From an uncultured Lentisphaeraceae bacterium (GTDB lineage Bacteria > Verrucomicrobiota > Kiritimatiellia > RFP12 > UBA1067): a stretch of DNA of 64,000 nucleotides. Positions 48,693 to 57,692 of this stretch are shown here, piece after piece. The stretch lies in NCBI GenBank assembly GCA_964386865.1, contig CAYLUN010000017.1:6565-70564 (forward strand), read 5' to 3'. The notes beneath the pieces are model-generated. The model saw only the letters and a list, made by a program, of their open reading frames with translations, made no database searches and was not told the DNA's origin. The position numbers and the translations under genes are program-made. Position 1 is the first letter of the stretch, and every line of letters begins with the position of its first letter.

Positions 48693-51257
48693 CTACGCCG
48701 TCGCCTCTTCCTTGTCGGCCTTGCCCTTCTTGTTCAGGCCGAGCTGTTCCGCATAGCGGTCGAACTGCGGGATCTGCGCCTTGTAGCGGAAGCACATCCG
48801 CTTCATGGCGTAGCGCTGGCGGGGCGACAGCGCCCTCTTGCGATCATACTGGTCGGCCAAGCTCGCGAGAAAGGCCTTGTCGTCGAAGGTCATCTTGCCG
48901 CGCGTCACCGGCTCCTGCCACTGCGTCACCTGCCCCAGCATCTCCAGCAGCGCCGGGCTCTCGTTGTCCGGCGGCTGCTCGGCCTCGGAGGTCGTGAGCT
49001 GCAGGCTCTGCTTGATCTCCTCGAAGTTCTCGATCTGAGCGGCGTTCTGCACGATGATGCGGTTGACCGCGGCAAGCTGTTTCTCGCTCAGCTTGCGGCC
49101 GCTCTCGGCCTGCTGCCGCAGCGAAGCCACGAACGCCTCCTGCGTCTCCGAGAGCCGAACCGTCTTGAGCACGTCGAAGCGGCGCATCGCCTCCTCGTTG
49201 CTCGGCGCGGCGTTGTCGCTGGCGACCACGTGATGGAAGCCCAGCGCCGCCAGCGCGGAGTCCGCCTCGGGAACCTGCTCGCGGTAGCGGATGGCGATCT
49301 TGGCAAGCGCCTCTAGCTGCTTGTCAGAGACCGGCTTCTCGCCGCCCTCCATCTGCTCGATGACCGACGTCACGAAGCGCTCGTCGCCGTACTTGCGCTT
49401 GCCGCGCTGCACTTCCGGCGCCCACTGCGTCACGTTCTTCAGGAGCGCGAGCACAGCCGTGACCTTGCCCGCGTCCGCCGGCGGCTCCTTGGCCAGCTCC
49501 ATCCACTGCTTGAAGCGCCCGTAAAAATCCCCCATCATCTGGGTCCACTCGACGCCGCCTTCCTCGACCTCGTCGAGGCTCTCTTCCATCTTGGCCGTAA
49601 AGCCCACGTCAAAGAGGTGCTCCAGCTTGCTCACGAGCAGGTCGTTCACGGAGAGGCCGAGCTCGGTAGGCGCCAGCTGCCGCTTCTCGCGCGTCGTGTA
49701 GTCGCGCGAGTTGAGCGTCTCGATGATCGACGCGTAGGTCGACGGGCGTCCGACGCCGTTCGCCTCCAGCGCGCGGATCAGCGAGGCCTCGCTGTAGCGG
49801 GCCGGCGGCTTGGTCTCCTTGCGTTCGCTCAGCCACTCGATGAGCCGCAGCGGATCGCCCGGCGCGAGCGGCGGCAGGCGGTCGACCTCTTCCGCCTCCT
49901 CTTCGGCGTCATCCTCCTCGGGCTTCTTCTTGTGGATGTCCAGCGCCATCACTTTGAGGAAGCCGTCGAACAGCACCTCGGCGGCGGAAGCGGCAAAGGC
50001 GAAGGCGTGTGCGAGCCCGGCCTTCACCGGCTCGATCTCCACCGTCTTCTGAGCGATCTTGGCCGACGCCATCTGGCTCGCGACAAAACGCTTCCAGATC
50101 AGGTCGTAGAGCTTCAGCGAAGGCGCGTCCAGCACGCCCTTGAGGCTCTCCGGCGTGCGCGACACCTCGGTCGGGCGGATCGCCTCGTGCGCCTCCTGGG
50201 CGCTCGCCCGGCTCTTATAGTAGTTGGGCGTCTCGGGGTAGTAGGCGTCGCCGTAGGAGTCCGTGATGAACGCGCGGGCCATGGCCTGCGCGTCACGCGC
50301 CACGTTCACCGAGTCGGTACGCATATACGTGATCAGGCCGACCGGCCCGCCCGAGCCGAGGTCCACGCCCTCGTAGAGTTTCTGTGCGAGGCCCATGGTG
50401 CGGTTCGGCGAGAAGCTGAAGACGCTCGACGCGGCTTGCTGTAGCGTGGACGTGATGAACGGCGGCAGCGGCCGCCGCGTGGTTTCGCGAACCCGCACGT
50501 CCTTCACCCGCAACGAGCACCCCTCGAGGTCGGACAGCAGCGCCTTGGCCGCGGTCTCCGAACCGACCGAAGGCTTTTCGCCGTCGACCTTTGTCAGCCG
50601 GATCGCGAACGGGTCGATCGGCTGCGTCTCGCGCCGCACGTTCGCCCCCATCACCCAGTATTCCTCGATCTTGAACGCCTGGATCTGGCGCTCGCGCTCC
50701 GCCACCAGCCGCAGCGCCACGGACTGCACGCGGCCCGCGCTCAGGCCGCGCTTGAGGCGCCGCCACAGCATCGGGCTGACCATGTAGCCCACGATGCGGT
50801 CCAGCACGCGCCGCGCCTGCTGCGCGTCCACGCGGTGCATGTTGATCGTCCCCGGATTCTCGAACGCGGCCTTGACCGCACGCGGCGTGATCTCGTTGTA
50901 CATCACGCGGTGGAAGGGCTTGTCTTTCGCCGAGTCGGCCAGCGTCTCCTGCAGGTGCCACGCGATCGCCTCTCCCTCGCGGTCCGGATCGGGCGCCAGA
51001 TAGACCGCGTCGCAGGTCTTGGCCGCCTTCTTCAGCTCCGCGATCACCTTTGCCTTGCCTTTGGAAAAAACGTATTTCGGGGCGAAGCCGTGCTCGATAT
51101 CGACGCCCAGCGTGCGCTCCGGAAGATCGCGGATGTGGCCGACCGAGGACTTCACCACGTAACCCGAACCCAGAATCTTACCAATGGTCTTCGCCTTCGC
51201 AGGCGACTCGACAACGACTAATTTCTTTCCCATTGCACCCTTTCCTAACGCAGACAA
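48693..51257 (-). CDS. topA: DNA topoisomerase I
   Basis: TOPRIM 'KKLVVVESPAKAKTIGKILG', 'GHIRDLP', type IA core and duplicated C-terminal domains. 854 aa. Confidence 0.9.
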   Translation of the reverse strand: MSALGKGAMGKKLVVVESPAKAKTIGKILGSGYVVKSSVGHIRDLPERTLGVDIEHGFAPKYVFSKGKAKVIAELKKAAKTCDAVYLAPDPDREGEAIAWHLQETLADSAKDKPFHRVMYNEITPRAVKAAFENPGTINMHRVDAQQARRVLDRIVGYMVSPMLWRRLKRGLSAGRVQSVALRLVAERERQIQAFKIEEYWVMGANVRRETQPIDPFAIRLTKVDGEKPSVGSETAAKALLSDLEGCSLRVKDVRVRETTRRPLPPFITSTLQQAASSVFSFSPNRTMGLAQKLYEGVDLGSGGPVGLITYMRTDSVNVARDAQAMARAFITDSYGDAYYPETPNYYKSRASAQEAHEAIRPTEVSRTPESLKGVLDAPSLKLYDLIWKRFVASQMASAKIAQKTVEIEPVKAGLAHAFAFAASAAEVLFDGFLKVMALDIHKKKPEEDDAEEEAEEVDRLPPLAPGDPLRLIEWLSERKETKPPARYSEASLIRALEANGVGRPSTYASIIETLNSRDYTTREKRQLAPTELGLSVNDLLVSKLEHLFDVGFTAKMEESLDEVEEGGVEWTQMMGDFYGRFKQWMELAKEPPADAGKVTAVLALLKNVTQWAPEVQRGKRKYGDERFVTSVIEQMEGGEKPVSDKQLEALAKIAIRYREQVPEADSALAALGFHHVVASDNAAPSNEEAMRRFDVLKTVRLSETQEAFVASLRQQAESGRKLSEKQLAAVNRIIVQNAAQIENFEEIKQSLQLTTSEAEQPPDNESPALLEMLGQVTQWQEPVTRGKMTFDDKAFLASLADQYDRKRALSPRQRYAMKRMCFRYKAQIPQFDRYAEQLGLNKKGKADKEEATA

Positions 51258-51298
51258 GTCCTAACAGCCTTAAAGCCTTCAGCCCATCAGCCTGACAC

Positions 51299-52453
51299 TC
51301 ACTTCGCCCTCGCGACCAAGCCGCCCGGTAACAGGCGGATCAGCCGCTTGATTTGCAAGCCCACCAACAGCGCGTTCACTTTGCCGGCGTCCAGCCCGCT
51401 GCCGCGCACCAGTGCGTCTACAGGCGTCCCGTCGTCCTCGAGCTGCGCCATCACGGCCCGCTCGTCCGGCGAGAGCGCCGCCGCGGGCCGCACGGCCTCG
51501 CACTCGCCACGCCCCTCCGCCGCCGTCCGCCGCATCCCGGCCAGCAGGTCCTGCAGCTCCTCGATCACGTCCTCGACCGCCGCCACCAGCCGCGCGCCGT
51601 TTCGCAGCAGCCGGTGGCAGCCCTGCGAGGCCGGCGAGTCGATCCGCCCCGGCACTGCCATCACGCTGCGGTTCTGATCCAGCGCCTGATCCACGGTGAT
51701 CAGCGTCCCGCTGTTCAGCGGCGCCTCCACCACCAGCACGCCCTTGCTCAGCCCGCTCACAATGCGGTTGCGCATCGGGAAGGTCTGCCGGTCCGGCTGC
51801 CGTCCGAACGGATACTCGGACACGACCGCACCGCCCTTCAGCGCGATGTCCCGCGCCAGCTGCTGGTTCTCACGCGGGAACAGGCAATCCAGCGCCCCTC
51901 CCAGCACCGCCACGGTCCGGCCCCTGGCCTGCAGCGCGCCCGCGTGAGCCTCCGTGTCGATGCCCAGCGCCAGCCCGCTGACAACCGTGTAACCGGCGGC
52001 CGCCAGCTGGTATCCGAAGCGGCGGGACGTCTCGCGCCCGTACACCGTCGGATGCCGCGTGCCGATGACCGCCACCGAAGGCGTGTCCAGCGCCTCGACC
52101 GAGCCGGCCACATAGAGCACCAGCGGCGGGTCGGCGATCTGCTTCAGCAGCGCGGGGTAGCCCGCGTCCGCCCACGTCACCAGCTTGACGCCCGTTCGTG
52201 ACGCCTTTTCCAACTCGTCGTCACTCCTCGCCCGCTTCAGCTCATCGTAGAACAGCCGCGCCTTCTCGGGGCCGATGCCGGGCACGCCGAGCAGCTCTTC
52301 CTCCGAACAGTCGAAGACCGCCGGAAGCGAGCCAAACCGCTCGGCCATCCGCTTGACCGTAATCGCGCCGAGTCCTTGGACCCGGTTCATCGCTATCAAG
52401 GCTTCGCGCTCCGTCACCACCGCACCCCTACCTCCGAAAACCGACACTGACAC
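51299..52453 (-). CDS. dprA: DNA processing protein DprA (SMF family)
   Basis: 'VAVLGGALDCLFPREN...GGAVVSEYPFG...FPMRNRIVSGLS...VVEAPLNSGTLIT' Rossmann core. N-terminal SAM-like and C-terminal WH-like regions. Confidence 0.85.
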   Translation of the reverse strand: MSVSVFGGRGAVVTEREALIAMNRVQGLGAITVKRMAERFGSLPAVFDCSEEELLGVPGIGPEKARLFYDELKRARSDDELEKASRTGVKLVTWADAGYPALLKQIADPPLVLYVAGSVEALDTPSVAVIGTRHPTVYGRETSRRFGYQLAAAGYTVVSGLALGIDTEAHAGALQARGRTVAVLGGALDCLFPRENQQLARDIALKGGAVVSEYPFGRQPDRQTFPMRNRIVSGLSKGVLVVEAPLNSGTLITVDQALDQNRSVMAVPGRIDSPASQGCHRLLRNGARLVAAVEDVIEELQDLLAGMRRTAAEGRGECEAVRPAAALSPDERAVMAQLEDDGTPVDALVRGSGLDAGKVNALLVGLQIKRLIRLLPGGLVARAK

Positions 52454-52486
52454 GCTTCTAATGAAGTTAGGTAATTAGCATATTTG

Positions 52487-52521
52487 AGCGGCGCTGACAA
52501 GTCGATGCCGCTATTTTTTTT
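52487..52521 (+). terminator. Plus-strand hairpin + T8 tract (AGCGGC-N14-GCCGCT-ATTTTTTTT) in the dprA/secreted-gene divergent intergenic region
   Basis: Read directly. No plus-strand gene lies upstream, so the function is unclear (attenuator, sRNA terminator or antisense stop). Confidence 0.3.
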
Positions 52522-52534
52522 CTGCAAGTTAAAC

Positions 52535-52546
52535 ATAACATGTTAT
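52535..52546. promoter_or_regulatory. Perfect 12-bp palindrome ATAACATGTTAT (candidate operator) in an AT-rich divergent promoter region
   Basis: Read directly. Lies 130 nt upstream of the 52675 (+) gene and 80 nt upstream of dprA (-). Confidence 0.35.
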
Positions 52547-52674
52547 CCATTAAATAGTTATACGACCTATACGCCGGGCGTACGAAGGCCCGCCTTTGCC
52601 GCGCCTTCTCGGTTCGACGGCGGATTGCGCTTTCCGGTTGCCTTGCCGCAACAGCCGCGTTACTCTGAGGCATT

Positions 52675-55600
52675 ATGAAGACGTCGACCCTGTCTGCCGC
52701 TCTCTGCTTTCTGGCCGCTTCCTGCGTTGCCCAGCTCGACCTGCCGTGGCATCGCGCTGAGGCCACACACCGCACCGTCTACCGCGTATCGGCGAGCCGC
52801 GCGACGCGCGACGTGACCGTCGTCTTGACCCTGCCAGACCCCGCCGCGCCCATCGCCGTCATCGACGCCGCCGCGCCCGACGTCCTCCTTCCCGTCTACG
52901 CCGCCACCAACGGCGTCACTGTCCTTGTGCACGGCCCCCTCAGCCCCGCCCAGCCGCGCCACCTCGTCGCCTACCGCGGCGGCGCAGCCGCCTCGCCGCG
53001 CCCCGCCAGCCCGCCGCCCGCCCCCGCCGACTTCGCCCGCTCTGCGCTCGGCCTCGCCTGGGACTTCGAGGACGGCTCGCCGTGTGGCATCGCCACCTGG
53101 GGCAACCGGCCCCACCACCTCGGCCCCATCACGGTCACGAACGGCTGGCTCCAGATCCCCGTCAAGGACACCGACCCTTACTTCATCTTCGGCGACATGT
53201 TCGGCCCCGCAAACTCCCCGCGCGCCCTGCGCATCGACTCCGCCGCCTACCGCTTCCTCGAACTCCGCGTGCGCCAATCCTGCGCGCAGGCCGAATGGGC
53301 GTTCTACGTCACCGACTGCGACGGCCGCTACAAGTCCCTTGCTTTCAAGGTGCGGGGAACCGACGCACAGGCCTTCCGCTTTGACCTGCGCGCCGCCCTC
53401 CCCGATTTCTGGGACGGCCGCGCCTTCCGCGCCCTGCGTATCGACACCACCAACGACAAGAAGGACGTCCTCGCGGAGGTCGACTACGTGCGGCTCCTGC
53501 CCGAGCCGCCATCTGTCACCTGCGGCCCCCTCTTCGCCCGCGAAGCCGCCGCCGCCCGCTCGCGCGTCACAGCCCTCAAGGCGAGAATTCCCCGGGACCT
53601 CACCGCCGGCGAGCGCGCCGAAGCGAGCGCCAGCGGAGACGGCCTACGCGCCCACGCCGCCCTGCTCTGGTCGCTGACCACGCCCGAGCACGGCACCGCC
53701 ACCTTCGAGGGCTCGCCCGACGCCCTGCGCCTGCCCGCCTTCACCCGCGCCGGCGAGACGCCGTGGAGGCTCGGCCTCGCCGACGACCTCGGCCAGCCGC
53801 TCTTGGCCGCCTCCGGCACGTCGCGCGTCCACGCGGCCGCGCTCGCCGCCTACCGCCTGACGCCCGCCAAGCCTTACCTTAGCCTGGCCTCGCCAACCGT
53901 CACGCTCACCGTCGAAGGCCTCGACCGCTTCGGCAATGCGCTGCCCGTGAACCTCAAGCGGCCGCGCTGGGCCCTCTCGGGCAAGGCCAGCATCCCCGCC
54001 GACCGTCTGCACGGCGACCCCGCAACCGTCACGCTCACTTGCCCCGCCGACGCGGCCTCCACCTTCCGCGTCGCGCTCGCCGACGAAGGCGGCCACGCCG
54101 GCGAAACCGCCGTCACCACCGTGGCCTACCGCACAGGCAGCGTGCGCCTCAACGCGTCCGGACGCCTCGTCGCGCCCGACGGCTCGCTCGTCTTCCCCGC
54201 CGGCGGCCTCTACGCCAACTGGCCCCACCGCCTCAATCCCGACGGCTCGATCGCCCGCTCCATCGACCTCTTCCCCTGCGGCCCCGAGCCTTACGCCGCC
54301 GGCTTCCCGTGGAGCCCCGAAACCGAAGCCGCCGTGGCCGCCTACCTCAAGCACTGTTCCGAGCGCGGCGTCACCTGCCTGCGCCTCATGCTGCGCAACA
54401 TGGACCTCGTGGGCCGTGTCGACCCCGTGCAGATCCAAGCCACGCTCCGCCTCTTCGACCTCGCCCGGCCCTACGGCATCCGCTTCAACGTCGCGCTTTT
54501 CGAGGACTATGAGAAGCCGCCCACCGTCTCGCGGTCGATCCTTGAGAAGGTCGTCCTGCCGCGCTACGCGCCCGGCCAGCTCGCCGGCCTGCCCCCGCAC
54601 CGCGCCCGCTTCCTCGTCCGCAAGGAGACGCTGGACTCCGCCGCCCTCCGCTACAGCGACCCCGACGCCCTCGCCTGCCAGCGCGACTACCTGCGCGAGC
54701 TGATCCCCGTCCTCGCCGCGCGCGAGGAGGTGCTCTGCTACGAGTTCGAGAACGAGATGGTCTTTCCGCCCATGGCCTGGTGCCGCAACACCGCGGCCTT
54801 CATCCGCACCATCGACCCGCACACGCTGATCCTCGGCAACCCCGGCCCGCACGACTGGCCCGAGCCGCTGCGCTGGCGCGAGGCGGGCTGCGACCTCTTC
54901 AGCTACCACCCCTACAACGACGGCCAGCCCCCGGCCGACCACGGCGCCGTCATCTTCTTGCGCAGCAAGTTCGCGGCCCAGAGCGGACTGCCCTTCTACA
55001 CCGGCGAAGGCGGCCTCAACCAGAACCGCTGGGAGAAGGGCGTCAAACAGCTCGGCCCGCAGCTCGCCGCGCGCGGCACCCGCGATCAGATTTGGATGTC
55101 GGTCTGCTGCGGGGCGAGCGGCTGCCTCTACTGGACGCTCGGCAACGACCTCGAGGCGCAGGAGTTCGCCGCGATCACACCGGCCTTCGACGCGCTCGGG
55201 CTCGACCTCCAGTCGCTCAAGCGCCAGCGGCCCGGCGTGGCCCTCGCGCTGCCGTCGAACCAGCGCGACCGCCGCGACGCGGCCCTGGCCATGCGCCTGC
55301 TCGACCTCGGCGCAGACTTCGACGCCGTGGCCACCAACGAGGCCGCCGCCTACGCCGTGCGGCTCTCCCCCGAGACGCAGAAGCCCGACGCGCTCGACCT
55401 CCCCGCCACCGTGGCCCGGCCCGCCGCCGGCTGGCAGCTCGCCACGCTCCTCTCCGACACGGGCGACCGCGCGCTGCTCTACCTGCGCAACGTCGCGGGC
55501 GGGGTCAAGGACTTCGGCGCGCCGCCCCGGCCCTGCCACCTGCGCGACGTCCAGCCCGCCGAGGCCGCCTTCACCCTGCGCGGCCCCTGGCGCGCGGTCA

Positions 55601-55710
55601 CGGCCTTCGACCTCGACACCCGACAGGGCCGCGCCGTCACGCCCGACGCCTCCGGCCGCGTTGCGCTCGGCGTCACGGACCACGACTTCCTGATCGGCCT
55701 GCGGAGGTGA
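52675..55710 (+). CDS. Large secreted protein with C-terminal TIM-barrel glycoside-hydrolase-like region (GH5-like 'EFENE')
   Basis: Signal peptide 'MKTSTLSAALCFLAASCVAQ'. C-terminal 'CLRLMLRN...FNVALFEDYE...LCYEFENEMVFP...FSYHPY' resembles clan GH-A (beta/alpha)8 enzymes. Confidence 0.65.
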   Translation: MKTSTLSAALCFLAASCVAQLDLPWHRAEATHRTVYRVSASRATRDVTVVLTLPDPAAPIAVIDAAAPDVLLPVYAATNGVTVLVHGPLSPAQPRHLVAYRGGAAASPRPASPPPAPADFARSALGLAWDFEDGSPCGIATWGNRPHHLGPITVTNGWLQIPVKDTDPYFIFGDMFGPANSPRALRIDSAAYRFLELRVRQSCAQAEWAFYVTDCDGRYKSLAFKVRGTDAQAFRFDLRAALPDFWDGRAFRALRIDTTNDKKDVLAEVDYVRLLPEPPSVTCGPLFAREAAAARSRVTALKARIPRDLTAGERAEASASGDGLRAHAALLWSLTTPEHGTATFEGSPDALRLPAFTRAGETPWRLGLADDLGQPLLAASGTSRVHAAALAAYRLTPAKPYLSLASPTVTLTVEGLDRFGNALPVNLKRPRWALSGKASIPADRLHGDPATVTLTCPADAASTFRVALADEGGHAGETAVTTVAYRTGSVRLNASGRLVAPDGSLVFPAGGLYANWPHRLNPDGSIARSIDLFPCGPEPYAAGFPWSPETEAAVAAYLKHCSERGVTCLRLMLRNMDLVGRVDPVQIQATLRLFDLARPYGIRFNVALFEDYEKPPTVSRSILEKVVLPRYAPGQLAGLPPHRARFLVRKETLDSAALRYSDPDALACQRDYLRELIPVLAAREEVLCYEFENEMVFPPMAWCRNTAAFIRTIDPHTLILGNPGPHDWPEPLRWREAGCDLFSYHPYNDGQPPADHGAVIFLRSKFAAQSGLPFYTGEGGLNQNRWEKGVKQLGPQLAARGTRDQIWMSVCCGASGCLYWTLGNDLEAQEFAAITPAFDALGLDLQSLKRQRPGVALALPSNQRDRRDAALAMRLLDLGADFDAVATNEAAAYAVRLSPETQKPDALDLPATVARPAAGWQLATLLSDTGDRALLYLRNVAGGVKDFGAPPRPCHLRDVQPAEAAFTLRGPWRAVTAFDLDTRQGRAVTPDASGRVALGVTDHDFLIGLRR

Positions 55711-55715
55711 CCGTC

Positions 55716-56438
55716 TCAGGCGTAGCCGCGCTGCCTGGCCTCGTCCAGAATCAGCGCGGTCGTGACCGAGCCGATGCGCGATGCGCCCAGCGCGCGCACG
55801 CGCAGCAGGTCGTCCAGCGTGCGCACGCCGCCCGCGGCCTTGATTTTGACCGGCGGCGGACAGCGCTCGCGCATCAGCCGCAAGTCGTGATCCGTCGCGC
55901 CGGCGTAGGTGTAGTAGCCGTTGGGCTGCTTGACAAACCCGTAGCCGCTGGAGGTCTTGACGAAGGCCACACAGATCTCCGAGCATATCTCGCAGAGCCG
56001 CACGATGTGCGAGTCCTCCAGATAGTCATTTTCGAAGATCACCTTCAGAATCGCCTCGCCAGCGATGGCCGTGTTGTTCAAGGCGCGGATCTCGTCCGCC
56101 ACGTATCCCCAGTCGCCGCCCAGCACCTTGCCGACGTTAACGACCACATCGAGCTCGGCTGCCCCCTCCGCGACCGCCGCCTCCGCCTCCTTGACCTTGA
56201 TCGACGTCGCGCTGTTGCCGTGCGGGAACGCCACCACGGCGCAGAGGCCGACGTCGAAACCCTCCAGCACGCACCGGGCCAGGTGCAGCGCGTAGGGCTT
56301 CACGCACACCGCCGCCACGTCGTAATCGATCGCGAGTTCGCACCCCGCCACGATCTGCTCGTCCGTGAGCGTCGGGTGCAACAGCGAGTGGTCAATCATC
56401 TTGGCCAACGTCTTCAAGCTAAGTGCCTCAGTCATCAT
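55716..56438 (-). CDS. deoC: deoxyribose-phosphate aldolase
   Basis: 'IDHSLLHPTLTDEQI', 'AAVCVKP', 'VVAFPHG', 'AFVKTSSGYG', 'KIKAAGGVRT' are DeoC Schiff-base aldolase motifs. Confidence 0.85.
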   Translation of the reverse strand: MMTEALSLKTLAKMIDHSLLHPTLTDEQIVAGCELAIDYDVAAVCVKPYALHLARCVLEGFDVGLCAVVAFPHGNSATSIKVKEAEAAVAEGAAELDVVVNVGKVLGGDWGYVADEIRALNNTAIAGEAILKVIFENDYLEDSHIVRLCEICSEICVAFVKTSSGYGFVKQPNGYYTYAGATDHDLRLMRERCPPPVKIKAAGGVRTLDDLLRVRALGASRIGSVTTALILDEARQRGYA

Positions 56439-56705
56439 ACGCCTCGCTTTCGTTGACTCTATTATCGCCACTTCGACGCCTGAGTCAAGCGCTTCGAGGA
56501 AGCGCGCACAGCAATTCAAATGATGACAAGGCTCGCGCTCCGGGAAGGCCCTTGCGGATCCACTACAAACGAATTCGCCCACGTTTGCCTGTGTTTGTAG
56601 TGAGGCGCTTCTTGGCCCTAATCAGAATTGCTGGAGTACGCAACTCCCTCCTTGTGCCGCGACCGCGCGGCGCAGTATTATCACGGCAGTCTAGGAGCTG
56701 TGACT

Positions 56706-57590
56706 ATGCCAACACCGATCACGCTGACTCGCCGTGTCCTGTTCGCGACGTTCTGCCTGTGCGCACGCCTCGCCGCCCGCGCGGAGCCCGCCACCGAGTA
56801 CCGGCACCTTGATGGGCTCGCCGACCCGAAGCGCTGGGATCCCGCCGAGTGCGAGCTCGCCGTGTCGCCCCACACCGCCTGGGGGCGCCCCGCGCTGCGC
56901 ATGCGCATCCCCGTCGACTTCCATGCGGGCGAAAAGCAATATCCCATCGGCTGGCCGCGCATGTACCTGAACCTCAAGCCGGAGGAGCAGGGCTGGCGGG
57001 CCTACGACCGCCTCGAGTTCCAGCTCTTCGCCGAGTCCTCGCGCACCAGCCTGCCCAAGCGACCGCTCAACTTCCACCTCTACGACGCGCAGGGCCAGAA
57101 GAAGCTCATCAGCCTCGACAGGGCCGCCATCGGCACCTGGCGCACCTTCACGCTCAACCTCTCCGACCTCGGCGTGACCGGCGAAGTCGCGCGGCTGGGC
57201 TTCAACATCAACGAGGCCGACTACGCCGACAAGGACGTGGTCGCCTTCCACTTCGGCGGCTTCCGCCTCGCCCGCGCCACCGCCGCGACAGTCACCGAGT
57301 TCAGGGCCGCCGCGCCCGCGCTCTTCCGCGACAGCCGCGTCCTGCCCGTCGAACTCGTGGCAGAGGGCCCGTCCGACAAGCTCGCCGCCGGCGTGCCGTT
57401 CCAACTCCGCCTCGGCGACCGCGTCGTGCTAGCCATGACTCTGCCCGTGGCCCGCGGCCGCCAGACGCTCTACCTGCCGCTCGCCGGCGCAGCCCTCGAA
57501 CCCGGCGCCTACACCCTCGCCGTCTGCCCCGACGATCCGACGCTCCGCAAGGAGGTCACCGTCACCATCGTCTCTTCACCGTGGGAATGA
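56706..57590 (+). CDS. hypothetical secreted protein
   Basis: Signal peptide 'MPTPITLTRRVLFATFCLCARLAARA'. No recognised domain. Confidence 0.5.
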   Translation: MPTPITLTRRVLFATFCLCARLAARAEPATEYRHLDGLADPKRWDPAECELAVSPHTAWGRPALRMRIPVDFHAGEKQYPIGWPRMYLNLKPEEQGWRAYDRLEFQLFAESSRTSLPKRPLNFHLYDAQGQKKLISLDRAAIGTWRTFTLNLSDLGVTGEVARLGFNINEADYADKDVVAFHFGGFRLARATAATVTEFRAAAPALFRDSRVLPVELVAEGPSDKLAAGVPFQLRLGDRVVLAMTLPVARGRQTLYLPLAGAALEPGAYTLAVCPDDPTLRKEVTVTIVSSPWE

Positions 57591-57692
57591 TCTCCGTATG
57601 TTGTCCCGGCTTCAGCCGGCAACGCGACCTTGCAAGCAGCCGACTGAAGTCGGCACAACATGCCTGACACGCCTTTCCGGAAAGGACATCAC

